Source of the DNA: an uncultured Clostridia bacterium
GTDB lineage: Bacteria > Bacillota > Clostridia > TANB77 > CAG-465
DNA: 33,883 nt
Reading direction: 5' to 3'
NCBI GenBank assembly: GCA_947632225.1
Contig: CANROM010000003.1
Coordinates: 1 to 33,883 of the forward strand
Numbering within the stretch: the first letter of the stretch is position 1; every line of letters begins with the position of its first letter. The notes beneath the pieces were generated by a model. That model was not told the DNA's origin. It saw only the letters and a program-made list of their open reading frames with translations, and ran no database searches. The translations under genes were made by a program, and so were the position numbers. This document shows, piece after piece, positions 1-9,349 of the stretch.

Positions 1-497
1 GAAATTTCAGATATTAGCAATGTTATACCAGATACTGTAGTTATTGCAAGCATTGCTGCAAATGGGTTAAATAGTATAACAATACCAAATACTAGATGTA
101 CAAGTGAGCTAATAAGCATCATTGACCAAGCAGGTGAAGATGATGATTTTAAATTAAATGCAAATTGGAATTTAATGATAAATTGTATAATTAACCAAGA
201 TCCAATTATTATTCCTAAGAATTCATTTAGTATAGCTGGTTTAAATATTAAAAATATACCAACTACTGTATAAAGTGTTCCTTCAATAAGCTCTGTACTT
301 ATAGCTCTAAATTCTTTGTTTGCAGTAAAATAAGAAACAATGTGTACAATACCAATTAAAGCAAGTACTGTTCCTATCAATATGACCATAAATGTAAGTG
401 AAGATTCTGGTCTAAAAATTAAAAACAAAGAAAATATTATTAGTAGTATAGATGTAGCAATTGACATCTTTTCATACTTTTTTATTGTATTTATCAT
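1..497 (-). CDS. HdeD/DUF308 family membrane protein (3' end outside window)
   Basis: Not in the ORF track; hand translation gives MINTIKKYEKMSIATSILLIIFSLFLIFRPESS...GIVILFNPFAA, with repeated hydrophobic helices ending in xxP as in DUF308; AAGGAG RBS upstream. Confidence 0.8.
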   Translation of the reverse strand, partial: MINTIKKYEKMSIATSILLIIFSLFLIFRPESSLTFMVILIGTVLALIGIVHIVSYFTANKEFRAISTELIEGTLYTVVGIFLIFKPAILNEFLGIIIGSWLIIQFIIKFQFAFNLKSSSSPAWSMMLISSLVHLVFGIVILFNPFAAMLAITTVSGITLLISEI

Positions 498-704
498 AAA
501 ATCTCTCCTTTTTTATTTAATTTAATATTAGCATAAAAAGAAAAATTATTCAATAATACCAAATTTAAAATATAATTTAATGGTGTTTTTTTATAAAAAA
601 ATGTGCATAATATATTATGATTAAATTGTGTAAAATTAGCACTATCGTTGACTTTAAAAGTTAAATGTGATAATATATTTTTAGTTATATTTGGAGGATA
701 TTTT

Positions 705-1163
705 ATGAAAAGTGTTATGTTTGTGTGCACTGGTAATATATGTAGAAGTGCAATGGCACATCACTACATGCAAAAAAGAGTGTATGACCTAAAAAAAGAA
801 AATGAAATTGTAGTTTCATCATGTGGAACACAAGCAGAAAATGGAGATAGATCTACTAATAATGCTATAGAAGTCATGAAAGAATATGGAGTAGATTTAA
901 CAAAGCATCGTGCTACTAATATGTTTGATATAGACATAGAAAACTACGATTTAATTATTTGCATGACACAACAGCATAAATATAGCATACTCGCATATTT
1001 TCCAAAACTAAAAGAAAAGGTTTTCACACTAAAAGAATATGTTTTTGGAGATAAAATAAATAATGTAGATATAGATGATCCATGGGGATATGGTATAGAA
1101 ATATATAAATCATGTTCTAAAGAAATTGTGGATTGTGTGGATAAACTCCTTGAAAAGATATAA
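705..1163 (+). CDS. Low-molecular-weight protein tyrosine/arginine phosphatase (YwlE/PtpB-like)
   Basis: FVCTGNICRS P-loop and DIDDPW acid loop; GGAGG RBS before ATG 705; next to rpiB as in the Bacillus ywlE-ywlF pair. Confidence 0.92.
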   Translation: MKSVMFVCTGNICRSAMAHHYMQKRVYDLKKENEIVVSSCGTQAENGDRSTNNAIEVMKEYGVDLTKHRATNMFDIDIENYDLIICMTQQHKYSILAYFPKLKEKVFTLKEYVFGDKINNVDIDDPWGYGIEIYKSCSKEIVDCVDKLLEKI

Positions 1164-1176
1164 AGGAAGTGAACTT

Positions 1177-1644
1177 ATGATTATAATAGGCTCTGATCAT
1201 ACAGGAATAGAGTTAAAAAAGAGCATAATAGCTCACCTAAAAGAGAAAGAAATTGAAGTTAAAGATGTCACAGACTTTTTAGATCAGACTGGAGATGACT
1301 ATCCAGATATTGCATATATAGTATGCCAAAATGTAAAAAAAGAAAATGCACTTGGTATAGCAATTTGTGGTACTGGAATAGGAATTTCTATAGCATGTAA
1401 TAAAGTTAATGGAATACGTGCTGCTGTCTGCACAGATAAGTATATGGCAAAGATGACTCGAAATGATAATAATGCAAATGTTTTGTGCTTAGGTGCACGC
1501 CTAGGAATAGAGAATGTTTTCGAAATTGTGGACGAGTTCTTAAACAGTGAATTCTTAGGTGGAAGACACCAAAAAAGAGTAGACAAAATTGCAAAAATAG
1601 AAAAGTGTCAAAAGGAAGGTGTAGAATATGTTCATAGTTTATAG
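1177..1644 (+). CDS. rpiB: Ribose-5-phosphate isomerase B
   Basis: GSDHTG, DDYPD, CGTGIG, NNANVLCLG and FLGGRH motifs. Confidence 0.95.
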   Translation: MIIIGSDHTGIELKKSIIAHLKEKEIEVKDVTDFLDQTGDDYPDIAYIVCQNVKKENALGIAICGTGIGISIACNKVNGIRAAVCTDKYMAKMTRNDNNANVLCLGARLGIENVFEIVDEFLNSEFLGGRHQKRVDKIAKIEKCQKEGVEYVHSL

Positions 1645-2701
1645 TGTAACCGTTGTAGCATTTCTATGCTGTTTTTGCTTAACACCATTTGTAATAAAAA
1701 TGTGCATAAAAAAAGGACTTGTTGATGTTCCTAAAGATAGCAGAAGAGTGCATTCTAAACCAATGCCAAGATGTGGTGGAATAGCAATCTTCACATCAAC
1801 TTTAATAGCTCTTTTTGTGTATTATTTTATAACAAAAGATATACCATCTATTGCTTTTAATACACAGTTTTGGGGATATTTAATTGGTGCTTTACTAATA
1901 TTTGCAATGGGAATAATTGATGACGTATTTACTTTAAAAGCAAGATATAAAGCTATATTTGAATTTGCGTCTATATTTATAGTGTTTGCTTTTGGAATAA
2001 GGATAGAGAATATAGGAAACTTACAGCTTGGCTATTTCTCTTTACCTGTAACTTTCCTTTGGATAATAACAGTTTTAAATGCCATGAATTTAATTGATGG
2101 ATTGGATGGACTTGCAGCAGGAATAACATCAATATCTGCACTAGCATTACTTATGCTATTTATATCCACATCAGCAAGCTTGGAAGCAATTTTAATAACA
2201 GCAGCAATAGTTGGAGCAAGCTTAGGCTTTTTACCATTTAACTTTAATCCTGCAAAAACTTTTATGGGTGATTGCAGTTCAAACTTTTTAGGATTTACAA
2301 TGGCGTGTGTAACAATAATGGGATTTTCAAGAGGATATACAGCAGTTGAATATTTAGCTCCTGTACTAATACTTGGTGTACCTATTTTTGATACTATATT
2401 TGCTATGGTAAGAAGAGCAATAAAGAGAAAACCACTTTTTGCTCCAGATGGTGGACATATTCATCATAGACTAATTAAATTTGGCTTTACACAAAGACAA
2501 GCAGTTCTAATACTATACACAATAACAAGTACTTTATGTATTATAGCTGTATCACTTATTACTCAGGATATGTGGAAACTAGCACTTTTAGTAGCAATGT
2601 CTACAATATTCATTGTATTATGGATTGCTAGTATGATAAAAAGTAGAGATATTAAAGTGGATCAGACAATAAATAGTAATTTTAAAGCAGATAATGTATA
2701 A
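1628..2701 (+). CDS. TagO/WecA-like undecaprenyl-phosphate GlcNAc-1-phosphate transferase (MraY/Glycos_transf_4)
   Basis: Multi-TM protein with GIIDD, NAMNLIDGLDGLA, FNFNPAKTFMGD and HIHHRL motifs. Confidence 0.92.
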   Translation: MFIVYSVTVVAFLCCFCLTPFVIKMCIKKGLVDVPKDSRRVHSKPMPRCGGIAIFTSTLIALFVYYFITKDIPSIAFNTQFWGYLIGALLIFAMGIIDDVFTLKARYKAIFEFASIFIVFAFGIRIENIGNLQLGYFSLPVTFLWIITVLNAMNLIDGLDGLAAGITSISALALLMLFISTSASLEAILITAAIVGASLGFLPFNFNPAKTFMGDCSSNFLGFTMACVTIMGFSRGYTAVEYLAPVLILGVPIFDTIFAMVRRAIKRKPLFAPDGGHIHHRLIKFGFTQRQAVLILYTITSTLCIIAVSLITQDMWKLALLVAMSTIFIVLWIASMIKSRDIKVDQTINSNFKADNV

Positions 2702-2739
2702 AATAGTAATATAATTAAATTGAAGGGAGATAATATATA

Positions 2740-3183
2740 ATGAAAGATGAATTATTACAAGATTTAAAAGAGGCAATGAAGCAAAAGGATACTTTGAAAA
2801 AAGATACAATTACTATGCTAAGAGCAGCAATATTGCAAGTTGAGAAAGACTCACAAAAAGTTTTAACAGATGATGAGATATGTGCAGTAGTTGCTAAGGA
2901 AGTTAAAAAGAGAAAAGAGTCTATTAAAGAATATGAGGAAGCAGGCAGAGAAGATATAGCAGAAAATTTGAAAAGGGAAATAGAAATTTTATCTAAGTAT
3001 CTACCTGAACAGCTAACACAAGAAGAGATTGAAAAACTAGTAGATGAAGCAATAGCTAAGTCTGGTGCTCAATCTCCAAGAGATATGGGTAAAGTAATGG
3101 GAATACTAAGACCACAAACTGCTGGAAAAGCTGATGGTAAATTAGTAAGTGATATAGTTAAAGAAAAACTTGCTAATATTTAA
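2740..3183 (+). CDS. GatB/YqeY domain protein
   Basis: DLKEAMK, YLPEQL, DMGKVMG and GKADGK motifs. Confidence 0.92.
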   Translation: MKDELLQDLKEAMKQKDTLKKDTITMLRAAILQVEKDSQKVLTDDEICAVVAKEVKKRKESIKEYEEAGREDIAENLKREIEILSKYLPEQLTQEEIEKLVDEAIAKSGAQSPRDMGKVMGILRPQTAGKADGKLVSDIVKEKLANI

Positions 3184-3187
3184 GTAA

Positions 3188-3218
3188 TAAGCCAAGTTAA
3201 GTCTTGGCTTAATTTATT
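3188..3218 (+). terminator. Probable intrinsic terminator
   Basis: TAAGCCAAG-ttaagt-CTTGGCTTA hairpin just after the YqeY stop, AT-rich tail. Confidence 0.6.
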
Positions 3219-3234
3219 GTAAAGGAGTAGTGAA

Positions 3235-4479
3235 ATGAGAGTATACAAAATAAATGATAATAAGTTTAAAAGCATATATGTATCATATAACTTAACTGTA
3301 GATGTAACTGATACTAAGCTTTATTCAAAGGGAGCTGTGCTTGCAGCTTTAATGGCCAAAAGCTCAGAAAAATATAAGACTCAAAAGGAGATAGAAAAAT
3401 ACTTAAATTATCTATATAGCTCAGTATATGATGTAAATATAGAGAAACTAGGTGATTTATATAACTTAGAAATAAGAGCTGAGTTTATAAATAAAGAATA
3501 CTTACCAAATCATGAAGAACTTTTAGATAAAATGTTAGAATTTCTAGAGGAAATGATTTATCATCCTGCAAAGTGGTCAGCTGAAAATATCGAAAGAGAA
3601 AAGCAGTTTATAATTGAGAGAATAAATGAAAGAAAAGATGAAAAGCTTAAATACGGAATTCAAAGAGCAGAAGAAATACTTTGTGAGGGCGAGCCTTTTG
3701 GTACATACCTATATGGTAGTACAGACGTTGTAGAAAAAGTAGGCCATGATGATGTTGAAGAGGCATATAAAAATATAACAAATGGTTGTGTTACAGTTAT
3801 TGTATCAGGAAATTTAACTGGTTACGAAGATATAGATAAGAAAATAGAAAATAGATTTAAAAAATATGTGACAAATGACACCTTAATTGAAGATTTAGTT
3901 TATGATAAGAAATTAAGTAAGTCTGGAGAATACAAAGAAGTAAAAGAATATCAAGATACAACACAAAGTGTTCTATCTTTAGGCTTAAGACTAAACAACT
4001 GCACACCTGATGATTTTTATAAAATAAGCATATATAATGCTATTTTAGGAACAACTCCATCTTCAAAATTATTCCAAAATGTAAGGGAAAAAGAATCTTT
4101 AGCATATACTGTAAGATCTAGATACTATAGATTTAAAGATATAATTATAATTTTTGCAGGTATAAATAAAGAAAATTACGATAAAGCTTTGTCAGTTATA
4201 AATAAACAGATAACAGACCTAAAAGAAGGAAAAATTACAGATGAAGAATTTACTAGTGCAAAAGATAGCTTGTTAGCAGATTTACTAGAGTGGAATGACT
4301 CAAAAATTGCAATGGCAAAGATGAAAATATCTAATCTAATTGCATTTAAGTCTGCAGATATTTCTATTGAGCAAATGAGAAAGGCAATGAGTGATGTCTC
4401 ATTTAGTGATGTTGTTGAAATTGCTAATAGGGTTAGTGTAGAAAAAGTATTTTTACTTGGAGGTGTTGAAAATGCGTAA
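3235..4479 (+). CDS. ymfF: M16 peptidase-like inactive subunit (YmfF-like)
   Basis: KFKS N-terminus, SKLFQNVREKESLAY motif, no HxxEH; paired with YmfH. Confidence 0.8.
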   Translation: MRVYKINDNKFKSIYVSYNLTVDVTDTKLYSKGAVLAALMAKSSEKYKTQKEIEKYLNYLYSSVYDVNIEKLGDLYNLEIRAEFINKEYLPNHEELLDKMLEFLEEMIYHPAKWSAENIEREKQFIIERINERKDEKLKYGIQRAEEILCEGEPFGTYLYGSTDVVEKVGHDDVEEAYKNITNGCVTVIVSGNLTGYEDIDKKIENRFKKYVTNDTLIEDLVYDKKLSKSGEYKEVKEYQDTTQSVLSLGLRLNNCTPDDFYKISIYNAILGTTPSSKLFQNVREKESLAYTVRSRYYRFKDIIIIFAGINKENYDKALSVINKQITDLKEGKITDEEFTSAKDSLLADLLEWNDSKIAMAKMKISNLIAFKSADISIEQMRKAMSDVSFSDVVEIANRVSVEKVFLLGGVENA

Positions 4480-5761
4480 AATGTGTGTACAGAATTCACC
4501 TGAATTAAATGAGACTACATTTAGTACAACTGTATCTAATGGACTTAATGTATATGTATGTAAAAAACAGGGATTTTCTAAGAAAATAGGACTATTTGGA
4601 ACTAAATATGGATCTATAGTAAATGATTTTGTGGATATACTTACAGGAAAAAGAATACAAGTGCCTGACGGAATAGCTCATTTCCTAGAGCATAAGCTAT
4701 TTGAAAAAGAAGGAGCAAACGCCTTAGATTTATTCTCAAAAATGGGTGTATCATCTAATGCATATACATCTTTTGACCAAACTGTATACTTCTTTGAAAC
4801 ATCTGAAAAGTATAAAGAGGCAATCGCTATGCTCGTTAAACTAATTAAAGAGCCATATTTTACAGATGAAAATGTTCAAAAAGAGCAAGGAATAATAGGT
4901 CAAGAAATAAGTATGTATGATGACGATCCAAGCTTTATGGTATATTTTAATGCGTTAAGAGCTATGTATCAAAAAAATCCAGTAAGAATAGATATAGCTG
5001 GTACAATAGAATCTATATCACATATAACTAAAGAATTACTTTATACATGTTACAATACATTTTATAGCCCACAAAATATGTTCTTTATAGTTATTGGAGA
5101 TGTTGATGTTGATGAAACAATAGACTTAATAGAAGAAAATATAAATAAATATGAAAATAATAGTGTGCCTAATACTAAGATTGTTAAGTATAATGCACAA
5201 GAACCAAAAGAAATTGCAAAGAAAGATATAGTACAGAAAATGGAAGTATATATGCCTCAACTATGCATTGGATATAAGCTAGATTTAGTAGATGGAATGC
5301 AGATAACAAAAAATGAACATATTGTAAGTATATTATCTGATATGTACTTCTCTAAACAAACAGAATTCTTTGAAAAAGAATATAAAGAGGGAAAAGTAAA
5401 TGAGAGTATAGATATGCAATATGAGGGAAGTGACGCATTTTCACATGTCTTAATATCTAGCACTTCAACTAATATAGATGAACTTGAAAAGGATATTTTA
5501 GAATACATGAACAAGATAAAAAACGAAGAAGTTAATGAAGAACTATTTGAAATAGTTAAAAGAAAGAAAATAGGTGAATTTATATTAGCATCAGATAATT
5601 TAGAGGTAAGCTATAGAAGAATTATAGATTCTATATTAAATAATATAGATGTATACTCAGATGTTGAAATATTAAAAAATATTACAAAAGATGATATTAA
5701 ACAATTTTTAAATAATTTAACAGAAGCTAATAGAGTAACATCAAAAATTATATCAAAATAA
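4472..5761 (+). CDS. ymfH: M16 family zinc peptidase (YmfH-like)
   Basis: PDGIAHFLEHKLFE (HxxEH), NAYTSF, EQGIIGQEI; GGAGG RBS before ATG 4472. Confidence 0.88.
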   Translation: MRKMCVQNSPELNETTFSTTVSNGLNVYVCKKQGFSKKIGLFGTKYGSIVNDFVDILTGKRIQVPDGIAHFLEHKLFEKEGANALDLFSKMGVSSNAYTSFDQTVYFFETSEKYKEAIAMLVKLIKEPYFTDENVQKEQGIIGQEISMYDDDPSFMVYFNALRAMYQKNPVRIDIAGTIESISHITKELLYTCYNTFYSPQNMFFIVIGDVDVDETIDLIEENINKYENNSVPNTKIVKYNAQEPKEIAKKDIVQKMEVYMPQLCIGYKLDLVDGMQITKNEHIVSILSDMYFSKQTEFFEKEYKEGKVNESIDMQYEGSDAFSHVLISSTSTNIDELEKDILEYMNKIKNEEVNEELFEIVKRKKIGEFILASDNLEVSYRRIIDSILNNIDVYSDVEILKNITKDDIKQFLNNLTEANRVTSKIISK

Positions 5762-5842
5762 ATAGAGAAATATCTAATTTTATATATGAAGTATTATCAT
5801 ATAAATAAATGCATAAAATACTTATATAGTCAAAAGAAGATA

Positions 5843-5909
5843 TATGTCGAAACTTGCGACCGATTTATCTTTTAAAAATATTGACTATACTTGTTATAAA
5901 TGGTATAAA
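5843..5909 (+). promoter_or_regulatory. Spo0A box plus sigmaA-type promoter
   Basis: TATGTCGAAACTTGCG (contains 0A box TGTCGAA) at 5843-5858; TTGACT(5881)-N17-TATAAA(5904) with extended -10 TG. Confidence 0.65.
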
Positions 5910-5936
5910 TATGTAAAATTGGGGTTGATGATTACG

Positions 5937-6083
5937 ATGATAAATGAAATTGAACTCTTAAAACAAAAATTAGACAAAGAAATAGAGCAAGGATGCTCAT
6001 ATGAACAAGTACTAAAAACAAGTAGAGAAATTGATGTTTTACTCGCTAAATATTACTTAGAAAAGGTTGAGGATATCACCTAA
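5937..6083 (+). CDS. Spo0E-family aspartyl-phosphate phosphatase
   Basis: Short two-helix protein with VLKTSREIDVLL matching the SQELD signature; start could be 5928. Confidence 0.8.
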   Translation: MINEIELLKQKLDKEIEQGCSYEQVLKTSREIDVLLAKYYLEKVEDIT

Positions 6084-6449
6084 GTTTATATTTAGTAGCA
6101 TTAGTCCGAGTATGATTATTAGAGCCATATTATTTTCTTCTGTATCCATGAATAGTAAAATAATAAGACCTATTAAAATTAAGTCGTCAATTTGAATTGA
6201 GTAGCCAAAAATATGTATTGTATTATTTTTAATACTAAATACTTTATTTTTAGGTGTATCACTCTCCTGGTTATCTTTAGGAGAGTAATTACAGAAATCT
6301 TGAAAAGGTATTGTGTCATTTTGTGATGCAGTATCTTTTTTTGGCTCCGTTTTAACTTGACTTGCAGTATTATTATAAATATTATTATGCATATAATTAT
6401 AATTTCTCATATAAAAAGGATTATAATTTGGATAAAACATATCAATCAC
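6057..6449 (-). CDS. Hypothetical membrane protein, likely sporulation/spore-coat related
   Basis: Asn/Tyr-rich N-terminus, C-terminal DDLILIGLIILLF hydrophobic hairpin; coupled to upstream gene. Confidence 0.7.
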   Translation of the reverse strand: MIDMFYPNYNPFYMRNYNYMHNNIYNNTASQVKTEPKKDTASQNDTIPFQDFCNYSPKDNQESDTPKNKVFSIKNNTIHIFGYSIQIDDLILIGLIILLFMDTEENNMALIIILGLMLLNINLGDILNLF

Positions 6450-6792
6450 CCTTATCTTTTAAAGAATCTAATGCTGTAATAACGTTTAGTATTGTCATAT
6501 ACTCATTGATTTTATCTTGTCTAGATTTTCTAAGGAATGGCTTTAGTGAAAGAAGCAAGTTCTTTTGAGGGTTTTCAGCATTCATGCGACTCATTATTTT
6601 TTGAAATTTGAGTAAAATTGAGGGATCAAAACTGCTATTAGAAGTACTAGAATTACCACTTAAGCTATTAAGAACACTTGAAAAATCTGTATTAGACTTA
6701 CTTTCACTCTTGTCGTTACTAGTGTCATTATTCATTTTTTCTTGGATGCTATTTATTAAATTGTTTATAGCATCCATATTATTTTCATCCAT
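6442..6792 (-). CDS. Hypothetical protein, likely sporulation related
   Basis: 116 aa ORF with NLLLSLKPFLRKSRQDKI motif seen in clostridial hypothetical proteins. Confidence 0.7.
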   Translation of the reverse strand: MDENNMDAINNLINSIQEKMNNDTSNDKSESKSNTDFSSVLNSLSGNSSTSNSSFDPSILLKFQKIMSRMNAENPQKNLLLSLKPFLRKSRQDKINEYMTILNVITALDSLKDKGD

Positions 6793-6793
6793 A

Positions 6794-6958
6794 CTAGTTC
6801 TTCTTATTATTTACGCCTAACATTTTAGCGATATTGTTTAAATCTTCACTAGACATACTTTGTACCATCCTTGTTACCTGCTCAATTTTCTCTTTGTCTA
6901 AAGAACCTAATATGTTCATTAGCTTTTGATTCATTTCATTATTATTTGTACTATTCAT
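6794..6958 (-). CDS. Small hypothetical protein (54 aa)
   Basis: Hand translation MNSTNNNEMNQKLMNILGSLDKEKIEQVTRMVQSMSSEDLNNIAKMLGVNNKKN; AGGAG RBS; stop 1 nt before the next ATG. Confidence 0.7.
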   Translation of the reverse strand: MNSTNNNEMNQKLMNILGSLDKEKIEQVTRMVQSMSSEDLNNIAKMLGVNNKKN

Positions 6959-6980
6959 AACATCATCTCCTATATATTTA

Positions 6981-7010
6981 AATTATATGCTGTACTTTTT
7001 CCTTTGTGAT
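6981..7010 (-). promoter_or_regulatory. SigmaK-like sporulation promoter
   Basis: Minus strand atcACa-aaggaaaaagtacag-CATATAATT fits AC-N16-CATAnnnT. Confidence 0.45.
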
Positions 7011-7029
7011 TATATTATAAAAATTTATG

Positions 7030-7096
7030 TATGTCGAAACTTGCGGTCAAAAGTTGATAGATAAATATTGACCAATTAAATAAATGGTGGTATAAG
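7030..7096 (+). promoter_or_regulatory. Spo0A box plus sigmaA-type promoter (paralog of 5843-5909)
   Basis: Identical 16-mer TATGTCGAAACTTGCG at 7030-7045; TTGACC(7068)-N17-TATAAG(7091) with extended -10 TG. Confidence 0.65.
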
Positions 7097-7106
7097 ATAT
7101 AGCAGA

Positions 7107-7652
7107 TTGGAGGGATGTACAATAAAATATGATAATATTAGCAAATTATATAATTTCATAGATGTTACTAATGAATGCATAATGCTAAAACATAATGAAA
7201 AAACGCAAAATATCTATATCTATGAAATTGAGCCAGTTACATTTTTAAATTTTTCAATAGATGTTCAATCTAATATATTAAATCTATATAGCGAGTTTCT
7301 TCGTGAATTAAATTTAGAATTTCAAATTTTTATTTCAAATAAAAAAGTAAATCCAGATATGTACATTAAAGGTATACAAAAAACAATGATAAAAAATTCA
7401 AGTAAAAGATATATTGAGCTGTATAATGAATATATAGCTAGTATTAAGGAACAAATAGAAAAGGAAGAAATTTATACAACTAAGTTTTATATTGTTATAT
7501 CGCTAGATAATTCCAGCTCTGTAGATATTATTACCATAGATAATATTATTAAAAGGCTAGAATCAATTGGTTGTCACGTAAATAGGATAGTATCAAAGAA
7601 TAAGCTTAAGACTTTACTTTATGAAAGCATAAATAAGGAAGTAGTAATATAG
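7107..7652 (+). CDS. VirB4-associated TrsD-like protein (true start possibly ATA 7122)
   Basis: YEIEPVTFLNFSIDVQ...LYSEFL and FYIVI pattern; same position and size as the ICE gene 29211-29822 before VirB4. Confidence 0.6.
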   Translation: MEGCTIKYDNISKLYNFIDVTNECIMLKHNEKTQNIYIYEIEPVTFLNFSIDVQSNILNLYSEFLRELNLEFQIFISNKKVNPDMYIKGIQKTMIKNSSKRYIELYNEYIASIKEQIEKEEIYTTKFYIVISLDNSSSVDIITIDNIIKRLESIGCHVNRIVSKNKLKTLLYESINKEVVI

Positions 7653-9349
7653 ATACTATAGATATACTACCAGATTTTATTGACAATCAAAACTTTCGGT
7701 ATATAAGCTTGGATAATAAATACATAGTTTCCCTAAACGTAAAGGCGTTACCAGAGTCAGTATACTTCTTGGATGTTATAAAGGATATAGATAGCCTTGT
7801 TGAGTATGATCTGGCAATGTACATAAACAAATTAGACCCAATAAAAGCTTTAAATAAAATTACATACAATTTATCTTTAAGTCAAAGTGAACTACATACA
7901 ATAAATAAAAATCAAAGAGATGTGGATGTAATAAACAAGTCTAGTGAGGATGCTAAAAATCTAAGGAAAAAAATTCAAATAGCAAATGAAGAAATATATA
8001 GTATCAATATAATCTTTACATTTTACTCAAGTAATTTAGAAAAAATTTTTAAAATCATATCAGCTTTTAAAGCAAAGCTTTATTCAAAACAAATTATTTC
8101 AGAAGTCACAAATTTTAGACATTTAGAGTTTTATCTTTCAAATTTACCATTAAACATAAGAAGCAAATATTTAAAAAATAATTTATATATAACTACAAGT
8201 GCTTTAGCTAATATATATCCATTTTATGCAACAAACATAATAGATACAAGTGGAGTGTTACTAGGATATACAAAAAATGATAGGAGAGTATGCATATTAG
8301 ATATTTTTTCAAATAAATATGAAAACCCTAATATGTGTATATTTGGTAGTAGTGGCACTGGTAAGTCATATTTTACTAAGCTTTTTATTTTGCGTAACTT
8401 TTTTAAAGGAAGAATACAAATAATACTAGATATTGAAAAAGAATATTCTGCCTTAGTAAATAATCTTGAAGGCTATGAAATTTCAAGTAATTCATACTAC
8501 AATATATTGCAAATTAAAAAGGAAGAGTCTACAAAAGATAATTTTCTAGCTTTAAAAATAGATCATGTAGTGGATGTATTTAAAAAATTAGCAGTTGTAA
8601 AAAATGTAGATATAGACATTATGAAAAAAGAACTCAAAGAACTATATAATGAGTTCAATATAACTGACGATGTTGACACTATAATACTAAAACAAGAAGG
8701 AGATACAATAGACTTAGAAGAGCAGATAATATCTAAAGAAGAGTTTCCAACATTAAGAGACTGGCTACGTTATACTAAAAATGAGAGTATAGAAAAAATG
8801 CTCAAAGACAATATTGATGGAGTACTTAACTTTTTCTCAAATACTACAAATATAGATATGAATAATTCATTATATAGTATAAGTAACAAAGAAATACTTG
8901 GAAATGGGCTAATTGTAAAATATATATTAGAATATGTATTAGAGGAGAATTTGGGTGAAAAGCAGACTATCATATATATAGATGAAGTATGGAAATATAC
9001 CAAAAACGAGGAGATTTTGTCTAGTATAACAAACATGTATAAAACAATAAGAAAACGCAATGGTGCAATAGTCACAATAACTCAAGATATAGCAGATTTT
9101 TTTACATATAAAGATGGAAGATATGCTAAGGGTGTGCTAAATAATTCTACCTTTAAATTTGTTTTTAGACTAAATTATGAAGATAGTCAGATATATTCTA
9201 AAATATTAAATACATCAAAAGAAGATTTTTCACAGCTTAAAAAAGGTGAGGCTTATCTTTCTGTTGCTAACAATAACTTGCCATTAGTAATAATTCCAAG
9301 TAATTTTGAAAGGAAGATACTAAATGAAGATGATAGTTTTTGTAAATAA
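7649..9349 (+). CDS. VirB4-like ATPase, chromosomal copy (start ATA 7649 or TTG 7709)
   Basis: NPNMCIFGSSGTGKS Walker A, ILDIEKEY, IYIDEVW Walker B, IRKRNGAIVTITQ; collinear with the ICE VirB4. Confidence 0.85.
   Translation: MDTIDILPDFIDNQNFRYISLDNKYIVSLNVKALPESVYFLDVIKDIDSLVEYDLAMYINKLDPIKALNKITYNLSLSQSELHTINKNQRDVDVINKSSEDAKNLRKKIQIANEEIYSINIIFTFYSSNLEKIFKIISAFKAKLYSKQIISEVTNFRHLEFYLSNLPLNIRSKYLKNNLYITTSALANIYPFYATNIIDTSGVLLGYTKNDRRVCILDIFSNKYENPNMCIFGSSGTGKSYFTKLFILRNFFKGRIQIILDIEKEYSALVNNLEGYEISSNSYYNILQIKKEESTKDNFLALKIDHVVDVFKKLAVVKNVDIDIMKKELKELYNEFNITDDVDTIILKQEGDTIDLEEQIISKEEFPTLRDWLRYTKNESIEKMLKDNIDGVLNFFSNTTNIDMNNSLYSISNKEILGNGLIVKYILEYVLEENLGEKQTIIYIDEVWKYTKNEEILSSITNMYKTIRKRNGAIVTITQDIADFFTYKDGRYAKGVLNNSTFKFVFRLNYEDSQIYSKILNTSKEDFSQLKKGEAYLSVANNNLPLVIIPSNFERKILNEDDSFCK

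Noticed and set aside
340-730. ORF-track calls 340-525 (+) and 494-730 (-)
   Set aside because: Shadows of the DUF308 gene and the promoter region; no RBS or motifs
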